Shown here: in pieces, positions 29,467-39,969 of the stretch | How the letters are laid out: each line of letters begins with the position of its first letter | Numbering within the stretch: position 1 is the first letter of the stretch | Source of the DNA: Candidatus Poribacteria bacterium | Lineage (GTDB): Bacteria > Poribacteria > WGA-4E > WGA-3G | Length of the DNA: 64,000 bases | Direction of reading: 5' to 3' | Assembly (NCBI GenBank): GCA_965198235.1 | Contig: OZ240248.1 | Span: forward strand, 3,680,001-3,744,000 | Translations under genes and position numbers: made by a program | The notes under the pieces: generated by a model | Told to the model about the DNA's origin: nothing | Database searches by the model: none | What the model saw: only the letters and a program-made list of their open reading frames with translations

Positions 29467-29678
29467 AGTTTTCCTCGTGATACGGGCTGACAAGTAAACG
29501 CCTTACGTCAAATAGGTTTCTGCGCTTAGTTTACCCGTTATACATTTTTCTGTCAAGCGATTGAGTTGAGATGGTTTGTCCTTGAAATTTTCTCAAAAAC
29601 GGATATAATAGGGATACTTTGCAAGCGCGACACCGTTTGGAGTTTGAATGCGATTTTCGCAAGGGAGATTTTAATAAA

Positions 29679-30269
29679 TTGAGACGATTAATTGTAGGAA
29701 TAACCGGTGCGAGCGCAGGTATATATGGGGTCCGTCTGCTTCAAGTTCTCACGAAGCAGGAGGATATAGAGATACATCTAACAATTTCTTCGTCTGGGGC
29801 GCGCGCCTTGTCAGAAGAACTTCAGATTGAAGTCGACCTTGATAATTTCGAGTTAGAATCGCTCATTGGTGTTTCTTCACCCCGAGTTGTTTACCACCAC
29901 GAATCGGACATCGCTGCCCCGATTGCCAGCGGCTCTTTCCGGACTGAAGGGATGATTGTTGTGCCTTGTAGTATGGGCAGCATTGCTTCTATCGCCGGAG
30001 GGATGTCGCGCAACCTTATCCAACGTGCAGCGGATGTATGTATTAAGGAGAATCGTAGGCTTGTGGTTGTTCCGCGCGAAACCCCCTTAAGTCCCATTCA
30101 TTTGGAAAATATGCTGAAATTGTCGCGCATAGGAGTTTGCGTGTTACCAGCGATGCCGGGGTTCTATCACTATCCAAAATCCGTAGACGATTTGCTCAAC
30201 TTCGTTGTTACAAAAATCTTAGATCAGTTTGGAATAGATACGGGGTTGATTCAGAGATGGAAAGAGTAG
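29679..30269 (+). CDS. ubiX: Flavin prenyltransferase UbiX
   Basis: GITGAS.G.YG, IASGSF, PCSM, RAADV..KE.R.L...PRETP, P.MPGFY; TTG start after GGGAG. Confidence 0.95.
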   Translation: MRRLIVGITGASAGIYGVRLLQVLTKQEDIEIHLTISSSGARALSEELQIEVDLDNFELESLIGVSSPRVVYHHESDIAAPIASGSFRTEGMIVVPCSMGSIASIAGGMSRNLIQRAADVCIKENRRLVVVPRETPLSPIHLENMLKLSRIGVCVLPAMPGFYHYPKSVDDLLNFVVTKILDQFGIDTGLIQRWKE

Positions 30270-30319
30270 GTGTTCGTTCTTTAGAATTTAACTCGGTGTT
30301 GCTTTTCAGTCGTAGACAT

Positions 30320-31606
30320 CTATTTCTGTCCTGCTCGGCTGTAATGTCTATACCACAACCACCATAGCAGTGCTGGAATAAGCGTGAGTGCTGCCATTCC
30401 CCACAAGATCATCTGTATCTGAAACCGATCTAACAGCATCCCAATGATCAGTGAGCTGGTTCCGCCCATGAGTGTAAAAAGGGCGAACTCAGTGCCGAAG
30501 ATACGTCCTCGAATTTCGTTCGGGGCGCGTTGGAGCAGCAATTGTGTTGAAAACACCCATACGATTCCGCCCCCGATGCTCCTAACAAGCCCACCGAGAA
30601 GCACAGTTCCGAAATTAGAAACAGGAGCCATGATAGCTATTCCGATCACCGCAATTAAGTAGCCGAAGGTGATGCTTATCCGGAGCGGTTTGTCCTGATC
30701 GCCGGTCCAACGCCGCGCGAGGATCGGTCCAATACCACTTCCGATGCCGTTTATGCAATATATTATGCCTAAACTCAATGCCCCACCGACCCCAATAACG
30801 AAATAATTACTGGCAATTTCAACCAACACTACTTGAACGCCAGTGGACATTAAAAGCGATATCGCTGCCTTATGCATTGCTATGATAAGAATGTCGGGAT
30901 GCTGAAGCATGTAGCGTAGTGCTGTTAACTTCGCACGCGCTGGAGCTTCTCCGGCAGTGGATGACGGACCCGGTAGTCTAATCTTAAGCAGGAGTCCTGC
31001 TGAAATAACAAAGGTGCATCCGTCAATAACGAAAGCTGTCTGACTCCCAAAGAGTCCTGTTGTTAAACCACCGATGGCGGCACCGACGGCAAGCATCACC
31101 GACCAGGTGGCTGCCCCCAAAGTATTAGCGGTGCCGAGTTCTTGTGGAGAGGTAATGTCTGGTAGGATAGCACTCCGTGCCGGACTGAAGAAACCGCTTA
31201 CACCGAACAGAAGTGTCGTGAGGGTGTAAAGCAACCAGATATGGCTTGCGTCTCGGACGAAAAGAAACCCAAGAACGACGAAGGCACGCACGAGATCGGT
31301 GATGATTAGCAGGTGCTTTCGGTTGTACCGGTCGGCGCATATCCCAGCGATCGGAGCGATAACGAATGGGGCTGCCATCCGGATTGTAAACAGAACGCCT
31401 AAAGCGAAGCCGGAGTCGCTTAACTCAGCAATTAATATTGCTGAGGCGATGAGGTTAAACCAATCCCCAAGCAGGCTGACAACCTGTCCACCCCAGAGCC
31501 AGCGAAAGTTGGGGTTCTGTCGAAGTAGTTCAAAATAGCCGACCGATTTTCCGATGTCCCGTTGTTCTTCCGCTGGCTTTATTGGAGAGCGTTCCTGTTT
31601 AGACAA
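30320..31606 (-). CDS. MFS transporter (MefA/DHA3-like)
   Basis: NFR.LW.GQ..S..GDW, AG..ADRYNRK, about 12 TM segments. Confidence 0.92.
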   Translation of the reverse strand: MSKQERSPIKPAEEQRDIGKSVGYFELLRQNPNFRWLWGGQVVSLLGDWFNLIASAILIAELSDSGFALGVLFTIRMAAPFVIAPIAGICADRYNRKHLLIITDLVRAFVVLGFLFVRDASHIWLLYTLTTLLFGVSGFFSPARSAILPDITSPQELGTANTLGAATWSVMLAVGAAIGGLTTGLFGSQTAFVIDGCTFVISAGLLLKIRLPGPSSTAGEAPARAKLTALRYMLQHPDILIIAMHKAAISLLMSTGVQVVLVEIASNYFVIGVGGALSLGIIYCINGIGSGIGPILARRWTGDQDKPLRISITFGYLIAVIGIAIMAPVSNFGTVLLGGLVRSIGGGIVWVFSTQLLLQRAPNEIRGRIFGTEFALFTLMGGTSSLIIGMLLDRFQIQMILWGMAALTLIPALLWWLWYRHYSRAGQK

Positions 31607-32794
31607 TTAGAGGTTCCACCGTTCGTTAATCGGTTTCTGGTAAACTTCGATGTTACCTGCGACTACCTCTTCATAGTCAACTGCCTGCCCACAGGCATTA
31701 GACTCGTAAATCGATTCACAGATCGATTTAGCCCGTAGTCCTACCTCTGCGTCAAGTTCGGGTGGACGGTTGTTTCCTATTGCATCCGCGAAATCATAGC
31801 ATTCAAGGACCACACCATCGGTGAAATTGTGTGGGAAGAGTCTCGCTTCTTCTTCATCCGAAAGGCTTGACCTATATTCGGTGATAAGGCTTTCCATACT
31901 ATGGCGAGTGCCATCTTTAAGAATCACTTCCGCACTATCGAACGGACCGTGGAAGATGTCGCCGTCATCGAGCAGGCACCCTTCGCTACCATAGTAGACG
32001 ACATGATGGAAACCGTGTCCGACCGCCGCCCATGTACACGTCCAGAGTCCGATAACACCATTTTTGAAATTAATGGTTGCGACCCAAGTATCCTCTTGTT
32101 CGTTTTTGACGAGTTCTCCGGCTTTGGTAACTTGCAAATCCTCAAATTGGCAAACGCGCCCGTACACGGTGCTCGGATCCCCGAAGAGAAAGCGGAGTGT
32201 ATCGCAATAGTGCGCGCCAGAATCCATCACCATGCCGCCGCCGCCGAGCGTTAGGTCGAGTCGCCAGTGCCAATCACTTTGCGGGTCTGGTGCCCGATAA
32301 CTGGCGTGTTGTGCGGAAAACATCCGTAAATCTCCGAGCATCTGTTTCTCGTTCATTAACCATTCCGCAGTACGCCGGCTCGGCATCCGACGGATGTTCT
32401 CAGCCGTTGCAGCGATTTTGTGATTCGCTCTCGCCGCTGCAATAATCGCGTGACTTGCCTTGACAGTAACGCCCATCGGTTTCTCCACCATGACATTGAC
32501 TCCACTGTTGAGGCACTTTATGGCGTTGATGTGGTGATGGGCATGCGACGTGCAGATATCCGCTCCGTCTAAATCCGCTGTCGCAAGCAGTGTGTCGGTG
32601 TCATCAAATACCGCGGGCTTTTTACCCGTTACCTCTTTCACCCTGTTAGCGAACTGATCTGCTCGTTCTTTGACCTCATCGCACATCGCTACGAGTTCTA
32701 CTTTACCCGGCTCCGTTTGGTGTATTGTGAGATAAGCGTTGAGATGACCGTTTGCCATCCCGCCACATCCGATAATTGCAATTTGGACTGCCAT
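31607..32794 (-). CDS. Gfo/Idh/MocA family oxidoreductase
   Basis: IAIIGCGGMA, EKPM, GGG..MD.G.H..D; start ATG 32794 after GGGGAG. Confidence 0.92.
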   Translation of the reverse strand: MAVQIAIIGCGGMANGHLNAYLTIHQTEPGKVELVAMCDEVKERADQFANRVKEVTGKKPAVFDDTDTLLATADLDGADICTSHAHHHINAIKCLNSGVNVMVEKPMGVTVKASHAIIAAARANHKIAATAENIRRMPSRRTAEWLMNEKQMLGDLRMFSAQHASYRAPDPQSDWHWRLDLTLGGGGMVMDSGAHYCDTLRFLFGDPSTVYGRVCQFEDLQVTKAGELVKNEQEDTWVATINFKNGVIGLWTCTWAAVGHGFHHVVYYGSEGCLLDDGDIFHGPFDSAEVILKDGTRHSMESLITEYRSSLSDEEEARLFPHNFTDGVVLECYDFADAIGNNRPPELDAEVGLRAKSICESIYESNACGQAVDYEEVVAGNIEVYQKPINERWNL

Positions 32795-33280
32795 AATTCT
32801 CCCCTTTTTTGGCAAAAATGTCTGATGAGTTATAGTATCATGGATACGTTTTTTGGGCAAATTGAAAACCATCTATTTCATAGTAGGAATGATCTTTGAA
32901 TCGCTATTTTCCCTTTATGATGCGTGGAATGGGAAGCTGAATGCTTCTAAGTTTCGTTTGACAAACACTCTCTTAGTGGATATGATTAATATATTACTAC
33001 CTATATGTTTTAGCCGCTTGGGGTGGAAGGTCTTTCTGTCTTGCAATATTTTCACTCCTACGTACAGCGGTGTTAATTTGAAAATTCCGTTATCGAATCC
33101 ATATTAAAATTTGCGCCAGAGGTTGGTTTCAAGAACTTCAAATTTTCAGCAGAGCCTGTTATTACGTTTCGTTTATCCACTCGATTAGGGTTGCGCTTAA
33201 GTGGCTCTATGACTTATAATAGTGAACCGTTAACAGAGAAATGGCACTACAAATATTTGTCAATGTTGCGCGTTACATTG

Positions 33281-33435
33281 TAGAGCCTATCTCATAAATA
33301 GTAGTATGCCTGTACCGAAAGAGAGTTTTTTTAGGAAGTAGATTGTCCGTCCCCCTGATAAGGGGATTTAGGGGGTTCTTTCATGAGACATTCTTATTGG
33401 AGAATACTCTCAAACTATTTATGAGACGCGCTGTA
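33281..33435. mobile_element. MITE-like element with about 22-bp imperfect TIRs
   Basis: tagagcctatctcataaatagt versus the reverse complement of the right end, tacagcgcgtctcataaatagt; internal ccccctgataagggg hairpin. Confidence 0.55.
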
Positions 33436-33536
33436 GGGATTAAATTTGTGCGTCCCGTCCTCGCTTGAAATGTCAACACTCTACGGTCACCCGTTTTGTT
33501 CAAATTCTTTTAAACGAAAGGAAAGGAAAATTGGCG

Positions 33537-35810
33537 ATGTTTTCAAACCCAGGACAGCAATCCGAATCTCAGCTCGGCGGCGATGCCCCGGGTTCCCAAC
33601 AAGGGCACGGTTTCGGGACTGCCCCCGTGTTCCTGGCTTCGGTGAGTACTATCCTCGGTGCTATTCTCTTCTTGCGGTTCGGTTACGCCGTGGCACACGT
33701 CGGACTCTGGGGTAGCCTCATGGTTATCGTGCTTGGGCATCTTGTGACGGTTCCGACGGTTCTGGCGGTGTCTGAGATTGCAACGAACCGTCGCGTGGCG
33801 GGTGGTGGGGCATACTATATTGTTAGCCGATCGTTCGGCGAGAGCATCGGAGGCTCTATTGGAATTGCTCTGTATATCTCGCAAGCTATTTCAGTCGCCT
33901 TCTATATCGTCGCGTTCGCGAAATCTTTTCAACCTGTCTATGACTGGGTTGCGACGACGTATGGATTGATTCCCGATCCGCGTTGGATAAGTCTTCCTTT
34001 CACTGTTCTGATGCTTGTGCTTATGCTAACGAAGGGAGCTGGTATCGGGGTTCGAGTTCTGTGGGCGGTGTGTGCAATCTTAGCCGCGTCAATAATTTCA
34101 TTCCTTTTGGGACAAGGACCTGAATCAATTCGGCCTGAAGGGTTGAATCTTACAGCACGCATCGAGAATCCTGATAGCTTTGGCACGGTTTTCGCGACAT
34201 GCTTTCCTGCCTTCACCGGTATGATTGCAGGATTGGGGTTATCTGGTGATTTGAGGAACCCTCAAAGAAGTATACCCCTCGGTACGATCGGGGCCACGTT
34301 TGCAGGCATGGTCATATACGTGCTTGTCGCTATCAAGTTGGGGCAGAGTGCCACTCCTGAAGCACTTGATGCGGATGAGTTTGTCATGGCGAAAATCTCC
34401 TTGTGGAGTTCTGCAATCTACGTCGGATTGGGGGCAGCTGCGTTCTCCTCTGCTCTCGGATCGATTATGGTGGCTCCCAGAACATTGCAAATGCTTGCCA
34501 GAGACAATGTGCTACCGATTCCGAGACTGAACCGCCTTATGGAAAAAGGTGTAGGCGAGTCGCAGGAACCTGTATATGCGACATCGGTATCAGGCATAAT
34601 TGCGATTGTTTTCGTGGCGATCGGCGAATTGGACTTTATCGCGCAGATCTTGACGATGTTCTTCATGGTAACTTACGGTGCGCTCTGTGCAGTGTCGTTC
34701 CTTGAGCACTTTGCAAGTAATCCGTCTTATCGTCCTACTTTCCATTCTCGCTGGTACTTATCCTTGTTAGGTACTGTAATGTGCGGTTTGATGATGTTCC
34801 AAATAAGCGCGCTATATGCCTTCATCTCAATCGCACTCATGGCAGTGACCTATCTCGGGCTTCGCCGGAGTCATAAGGGACAACGCGACTTAACAGCGAT
34901 CTTCCAAGGGACAATGTTTCAGTTAACCCGGTGGCTGCAGATTACTTTACAAAAGAGTCGTGTTATCTCGTCTGAAGGTGGATGGCGTCCCTCGATTGTC
35001 GCGGTGACCCGGTTCGGTGAACGACGACTCGGGCATTTCGATTTGCTCCGTTGGATTTGCCACAGACATGGATTCGGACACTTCATCCGGTTGTTCCACG
35101 GTGACTACTCGTTTTCCAGCGAACTCCAGGCACGTGTCCATGTTGATGAATTGATTAAAATGACAGAGGTCAGCAGAGCCGGTATTTTCGTCGATTCCAT
35201 AATTTGCCCGACGTTTAAACTCGCGCTTGCGCAGATATTGCAAATGCCGGGAATCTCTGGTTTGCCAAATAACTGTGTTCTCCTTGAGTTCGATCGAAAC
35301 AAGCCTGACGAGATTGAGGAGGCTGAAGAAGGAATACGCCTTGTTGCGAATGCGTTGTTCAATGTCCTGGTCCTGCGATCAACGGGATACCGCTTTGGAT
35401 ATCGCTCTTCGATCGATGTTTGGGTAACAGAGGATAACCTGAAGAACGCTCCGATGATGCTGTTGCTCGCGTATATCATTGTAGGACATCCAGAGTGGAG
35501 ACGTGCTGAAATCCGGCTTTTCGCTTGTTCCGAGGCTACGGATGCTGAGCGTGAAGCGAACAGACTTTCGACGCTAATGAAGGAAGGACGACTGCCGATT
35601 TCAATGCATAACGTGACTTCCGTGTCTTACAGCAGTCAGGAAGTTTTAGAGCAGGAGATAGAGCACCGATCCGCTCAGAGCGATTTGGTTATCGCGGGCT
35701 TAACAGGGGAAGACCTCTACTCTGAAAAATTGGCGCAAACACTACGGTCCTACGAGGCAGCCAACGATGTTCTGTTTGTTCATGCAATTGAACAGATCTC
35801 AATCGATTAA
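33537..35810 (+). CDS. Amino-acid permease / cation-chloride cotransporter (SLC12-like) family protein
   Basis: ILGAILFLR, IATN..V.GGG.YY..SRS.G...GGSIG, FPAFTG..AG..LSGDL..P..SIP.GT, WRP, cytoplasmic C-terminal domain. Confidence 0.9.
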   Translation: MFSNPGQQSESQLGGDAPGSQQGHGFGTAPVFLASVSTILGAILFLRFGYAVAHVGLWGSLMVIVLGHLVTVPTVLAVSEIATNRRVAGGGAYYIVSRSFGESIGGSIGIALYISQAISVAFYIVAFAKSFQPVYDWVATTYGLIPDPRWISLPFTVLMLVLMLTKGAGIGVRVLWAVCAILAASIISFLLGQGPESIRPEGLNLTARIENPDSFGTVFATCFPAFTGMIAGLGLSGDLRNPQRSIPLGTIGATFAGMVIYVLVAIKLGQSATPEALDADEFVMAKISLWSSAIYVGLGAAAFSSALGSIMVAPRTLQMLARDNVLPIPRLNRLMEKGVGESQEPVYATSVSGIIAIVFVAIGELDFIAQILTMFFMVTYGALCAVSFLEHFASNPSYRPTFHSRWYLSLLGTVMCGLMMFQISALYAFISIALMAVTYLGLRRSHKGQRDLTAIFQGTMFQLTRWLQITLQKSRVISSEGGWRPSIVAVTRFGERRLGHFDLLRWICHRHGFGHFIRLFHGDYSFSSELQARVHVDELIKMTEVSRAGIFVDSIICPTFKLALAQILQMPGISGLPNNCVLLEFDRNKPDEIEEAEEGIRLVANALFNVLVLRSTGYRFGYRSSIDVWVTEDNLKNAPMMLLLAYIIVGHPEWRRAEIRLFACSEATDAEREANRLSTLMKEGRLPISMHNVTSVSYSSQEVLEQEIEHRSAQSDLVIAGLTGEDLYSEKLAQTLRSYEAANDVLFVHAIEQISID

Positions 35811-35985
35811 TAATGGAAATATCTTGATTTTGCTGTGTAAACACTAAGCTAAGAGGACAAAATGTTTCTGGAATTCATAGAGCGTTTAGGTGTTCTCATA
35901 AACAAGGATGAGCAGTTCCCTCCGCCACAATATCTCTATTCCGAGCATTTTCGTGAACGCACGATAGCAAGTAGGGTGGCATTAG

Positions 35986-37206
35986 ATGGATGAGTTGATT
36001 CGACAATTTCTTGATTTACTTCAAGCGCGTGTAATCACTTTGGGTGAAGAGCCTGTAAAAGTCATCCAAATTGTTTGGTTGATTGGCACTTTAGCAGCCA
36101 CATTGGCAATTGCTGGCTTTTTGCGCCGATGGTTTCATCGTCTTTTCAATAGGTTCAGGATGCCACAGCACCTCAGAAATCGATTACTTGCCCTTCTGTT
36201 CCTTATCGTTCTAATTTTTGGAATAGGTTTGGCATTCCGGTTTGCGGGGATTAGCACAGGATTCCTTGGCAAACTTTTTGGTTACCCACTCACAGACCTA
36301 TTTCAACCTCCGCAGAAGCCTATTGAAATTGATGCTGGTGGAGAACAAGCACCAGTTGAAGTCCACGAAGATGTAGGCAAATTAACTTTGGCGAGGCTAT
36401 TTTATGGGTTTGTGATTGTCTTCGGGATGTTTATCCTGTCTAAATATGTGCAATGGGTCCTGCGGCGGCAGGTGTTACAAGCTTTTCAAATTGCAGAGCA
36501 CACCCAATTTATCTTACTCCGCTTCCTTCACTTCAGTCTTATTATTATCGGGGTCATTATCAGCCTCAGCACCATCGGGGTGAGTTTCACAAGTTTGGCA
36601 TTAATTTTTGGCGGGCTGAGTATCGGTATCGGTTTTGGTTTACAAAATATTGCTTCAAACGTGATTTCGGGGTTTATTCTAATTTTTGAACGCCCTATCA
36701 AAATTGGGGATCTCGTGGAGATTATGGACGTTGACATATTTGGTAGAGTGAGTAGCATTAATCTTCGTTCAACAGTCATTGTTTCGCTTGATGAGAAGGA
36801 GATTATTGTTCCAAATTCTCAATTGGTTACGGAATCGGTTCATAATCTTACTCACTATAACAACCGCTTTAGAATTCGCGTCACTGTCGGCGTATCGTAT
36901 GGTTCAGACGTGCAGCTTGTCAAGAAAGTACTACTCGAAGCGGCGCATGACCATCCTCAAGTGATTAAGGAAGCGACTCCTAACATGAGCAACGTTACTG
37001 CCCCTTTTATTCGCTTTATCAACTTCGGAGATTCCTCTTTAGATTTTGAGTTATTGGCGTGGATTCCTGACTCCTTTCAGCGTTTTGATGTTGCGAGTGA
37101 TCTCCATTTTATGATTTGGCAAAAATTTAAGGAATACAACATAAAGATTCCCTTCCCGCAACGAGATGTCCATTTTTACCCGACGGAGACCGAATCGGAA
37201 TCTTGA
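35986..37206 (+). CDS. mscS: Small-conductance mechanosensitive channel
   Basis: GIGFGLQNI.SN.ISG.ILIFERP.KIGD, VPNS, VGVSYGSD, FGDSSLDF, IPFPQRD. Confidence 0.93.
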   Translation: MDELIRQFLDLLQARVITLGEEPVKVIQIVWLIGTLAATLAIAGFLRRWFHRLFNRFRMPQHLRNRLLALLFLIVLIFGIGLAFRFAGISTGFLGKLFGYPLTDLFQPPQKPIEIDAGGEQAPVEVHEDVGKLTLARLFYGFVIVFGMFILSKYVQWVLRRQVLQAFQIAEHTQFILLRFLHFSLIIIGVIISLSTIGVSFTSLALIFGGLSIGIGFGLQNIASNVISGFILIFERPIKIGDLVEIMDVDIFGRVSSINLRSTVIVSLDEKEIIVPNSQLVTESVHNLTHYNNRFRIRVTVGVSYGSDVQLVKKVLLEAAHDHPQVIKEATPNMSNVTAPFIRFINFGDSSLDFELLAWIPDSFQRFDVASDLHFMIWQKFKEYNIKIPFPQRDVHFYPTETESES

Positions 37207-37338
37207 CAGTAGTAGGGCAGTCCTCTTGCTATTAACCACAAAGAGTTACGCTGCGATGGGTGCTATGGTGGTGGTTGAGTTAAACATTGCCACGAGCGAT
37301 TGTGGGGGAATTTCGTATTGGTGGGAAGCGTTGGTGGT

Positions 37339-37980
37339 CTAAGAGTGTCGGATTACATCGCCTTTGACGAGGTAATAGACCTCTTCGCTGATATTTGCCG
37401 CGAGGTCGCCTATCCGTTCCAAGTGTCGGAAAAGGAGCAGTAGGCTGATACCGGGCTGGATGAGTCTCGGATGTTCGCTCAAGATGGTCAGAAGTTCGTG
37501 GAGCATTTTTTCATAAATCTCGTCAACCTCATTGTCACGTTCTCGAATTTCTAAGGCACGTTCAGCGTTCCGATTGACGAATGCATCTATCGCGTCCTTA
37601 ACCATCGCTTGAATCACTTGTGCGACATACGGTAGATCCACAAACGGTTTGACCGGCGGGTATTCCGACAGCTCAATGCTCCGTTTAGCGATAGCAACGC
37701 TTTTATCCGCTATCCTTTCGATGTTGTGGTTAACCTTCATCGCTGTTGTTAGAAAGCGGAGTTCTATTGCTACTGGTTGGTGGAGCGCGATCAGTTGGAT
37801 GCACAATGATTCGATCTCGTTTTCAAACAGATCAATCTTATCGTCTGTAGCAACAACGAGCCGTGCTAACTCGCTATCTCGTGATAAAACGGATTCGATA
37901 GCTTGGCGCAACATCTGTTCCGCAAGCCCTGCCATTTCCAAGATTTTGTGCTGAAGTCCCTTGATTTCGTGTTCTAACAT
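37339..37980 (-). CDS. phoU: Phosphate signalling complex protein PhoU
   Basis: D..ID..E..IE, QPVA.ELR, ERIAD, D.EVD, LERIGD.A.NI.E. Confidence 0.96.
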   Translation of the reverse strand: MLEHEIKGLQHKILEMAGLAEQMLRQAIESVLSRDSELARLVVATDDKIDLFENEIESLCIQLIALHQPVAIELRFLTTAMKVNHNIERIADKSVAIAKRSIELSEYPPVKPFVDLPYVAQVIQAMVKDAIDAFVNRNAERALEIRERDNEVDEIYEKMLHELLTILSEHPRLIQPGISLLLLFRHLERIGDLAANISEEVYYLVKGDVIRHS

Positions 37981-37999
37981 ATTTTTAATTATGGGGATC

Positions 38000-38198
38000 C
38001 TGGACTGCCCTCCAAATGTAAAGCATTCTCACTGCGAAGCAAAATTATGCCATTTAAGGAAACCTAATTTCATTTCGGGCAGATTTTTGATTTTCCTAAC
38101 AGACTTTGTTAAATAACGTTCAAAGCCCAGAGACAAATTAGAATTAACCGAAAACCACCGCGAAACGAAGTGGAGCGGTGCCCAGATTTAATAGTTAA
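38000..38198. repeat. Inverted pair of GAAA(C/T)GAA..TGGA-loop hairpin repeats
   Basis: Long-loop copy on the minus strand at 38005-38082 and short-loop copy on the plus strand at 38156-38180. Related copies at 47115-47164, 53769-53793 and 59440-59546. Confidence 0.75.
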
Positions 38199-38961
38199 GA
38201 GAACCTGTTACATATTGTTCTGTTCTGGTATCTTGTGGATTTGTAAAAATCTTCTCCGTCGTTCCGAATTCGATCAATTCGCCGCAGTAGAGAAACCCCG
38301 CGACATCGGAGACGCGAGCGGCTTGCCTCCTTTTATTGGTGACGAAGATAAGCGTGCAATCGTTTGTGAGATCCCGCATGAGAGTCTCGATTTTAACGGT
38401 TTCGATCGGGTCAAGTTCTCCGCACGGCTCATCAAATATTAGGATTTCTGGTTCAACAGCTAAGGCACGTGCGATACAGAGAAGTTGCTGCTGTCCTATA
38501 GAGAGTTGTTCCGGGTTTCCATGCAAAATAGGTTCGACTTCGTTCCAGAGTCCTGATCTTTGGAGGGTTTTCTGAACGATGGTATCCAGTTGTGAAGATT
38601 CGCTTATACCTGAGATCCGAGCCCCGTATGCCACATTCTCGTAGATAGAACACCGAAAGGGTTCAGGTTTTCGGAATACCATTCCAATCTTTTTCCGAAT
38701 AGCAGTGACATCTGTCTTTTTAGCATACATGTCACTGCCCTTAAAAAGTATTTCGCCGCTGAACCTGAAATTCGATGTAAAGTCATTTAAACGATTGAAG
38801 CACCGTACGAGTGTGCTTTTACCACAATTGGCGGGACCAATGAGCGCGGTTACCTGTCTCGGCTGTACCTCAAATGAGAGGGAGTTCAGGATCTGATTAT
38901 CGCCATACCATACATTTAGGTTATGGATGCTTAGGATGGGTTCTCTTTTTTCAGTCTGCAT
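38188..38961 (-). CDS. pstB: PstB-like ATP-binding protein, degenerate (third paralogue)
   Basis: PstB-like overall, but GMVFRKP (Q-loop), LSIGQQQL (signature), DEPCGELD and VTNK (H-loop). Confidence 0.85.
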   Translation of the reverse strand: MQTEKREPILSIHNLNVWYGDNQILNSLSFEVQPRQVTALIGPANCGKSTLVRCFNRLNDFTSNFRFSGEILFKGSDMYAKKTDVTAIRKKIGMVFRKPEPFRCSIYENVAYGARISGISESSQLDTIVQKTLQRSGLWNEVEPILHGNPEQLSIGQQQLLCIARALAVEPEILIFDEPCGELDPIETVKIETLMRDLTNDCTLIFVTNKRRQAARVSDVAGFLYCGELIEFGTTEKIFTNPQDTRTEQYVTGSLNY

Positions 38962-38999
38962 CGCTGGTATCGCGAGGAATTTAGGATTCGCGCCTCCGC

Positions 39000-39872
39000 T
39001 TATCTCGTGAAAGTTAATCGTGTCGTGCCGTGGCGGTGGGAGGGGTGTTTTTGCTGGGGTGTTTCCCCGATTCCTTTCAGGAAACTGGAAATAGTACTCA
39101 ATAGTAGTGCCCCTCCTGAGAATAATATGAATCTGTCAGGTATTCCCCTGGGACCCGTTGTATGGTCCCATATATGAATACCGATAAGTAATGCAGCTGC
39201 AGCGAGTGCTCGCGACATTGCTCGGCATCCGCCTGAAAGTATCCATGGGAAGGCGAGTGGCACAACCTGTTTTGCTAACACTTGCCATTGATTGGCACCG
39301 AGTGCGTAGGCGGATTCGCGAACGGGTGTTGCTACTGATCGGAGTGCCTCTTGGGTTGTTTTGATTGCTACTGGCATTACCATCAAAATGAAGATCACAG
39401 TCTCAGCGTAAAACATTGTGGTATTGCGCTGTATTACTTCCAATCCAGATTCTCTCACGTTCTGGACAGGAGGAGGTGTGGCAATCCCTTTGAAAACGCC
39501 AATGTAGTTAAATAGAATAGTGATTGCCAAAAGACCATACAAAAGTGAAGGAATTTCGGTGAAAAAAGCAACTTGGCTTTCGATGAAACGCCGAACCCAA
39601 CTTGTTGCTGAAAGCCATTCCTCTAAGTAAAAAGCACAGGCTACCCCGAACAAAACTGCCAAAAGACTGATGGGTAGAATCAGATTGAGATCGCTGAGTA
39701 GGCTGGGCAATGTGCTGAATATACGGGATGTTGACGACGTTTGAATGTGAGCCGCGTCTGTTTTTTTAAGGTCGTTCCAGAGGAAAATAAACGCCGCTAC
39801 CACTATAATGAAAGCGAAACCCTGCAAAGCGATTCTTTTTCTGAGTTCTGGGCGGGTCATTGAGGAATTCAT
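39000..39872 (-). CDS. Divergent PstA-like permease
   Basis: GV..A.YLEE, IPSLLYGL, MPV.I..TQEALRSV...RE.AYALGA..WQ....V.P; shortened and eroded. Start probably ATG 39872. Confidence 0.75.
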   Translation of the reverse strand: MNSSMTRPELRKRIALQGFAFIIVVAAFIFLWNDLKKTDAAHIQTSSTSRIFSTLPSLLSDLNLILPISLLAVLFGVACAFYLEEWLSATSWVRRFIESQVAFFTEIPSLLYGLLAITILFNYIGVFKGIATPPPVQNVRESGLEVIQRNTTMFYAETVIFILMVMPVAIKTTQEALRSVATPVRESAYALGANQWQVLAKQVVPLAFPWILSGGCRAMSRALAAAALLIGIHIWDHTTGPRGIPDRFILFSGGALLLSTISSFLKGIGETPQQKHPSHRHGTTRLTFTR

Positions 39873-39969
39873 AATTTGAAAGTCTCTTGTAGGGTGCCAG
39901 TTTGGACGCTTGCCAAAATGAATACTTGCTCGCCTGAAGTCCGCACTAAAGGAGTTTGCAGGTTGCCTT

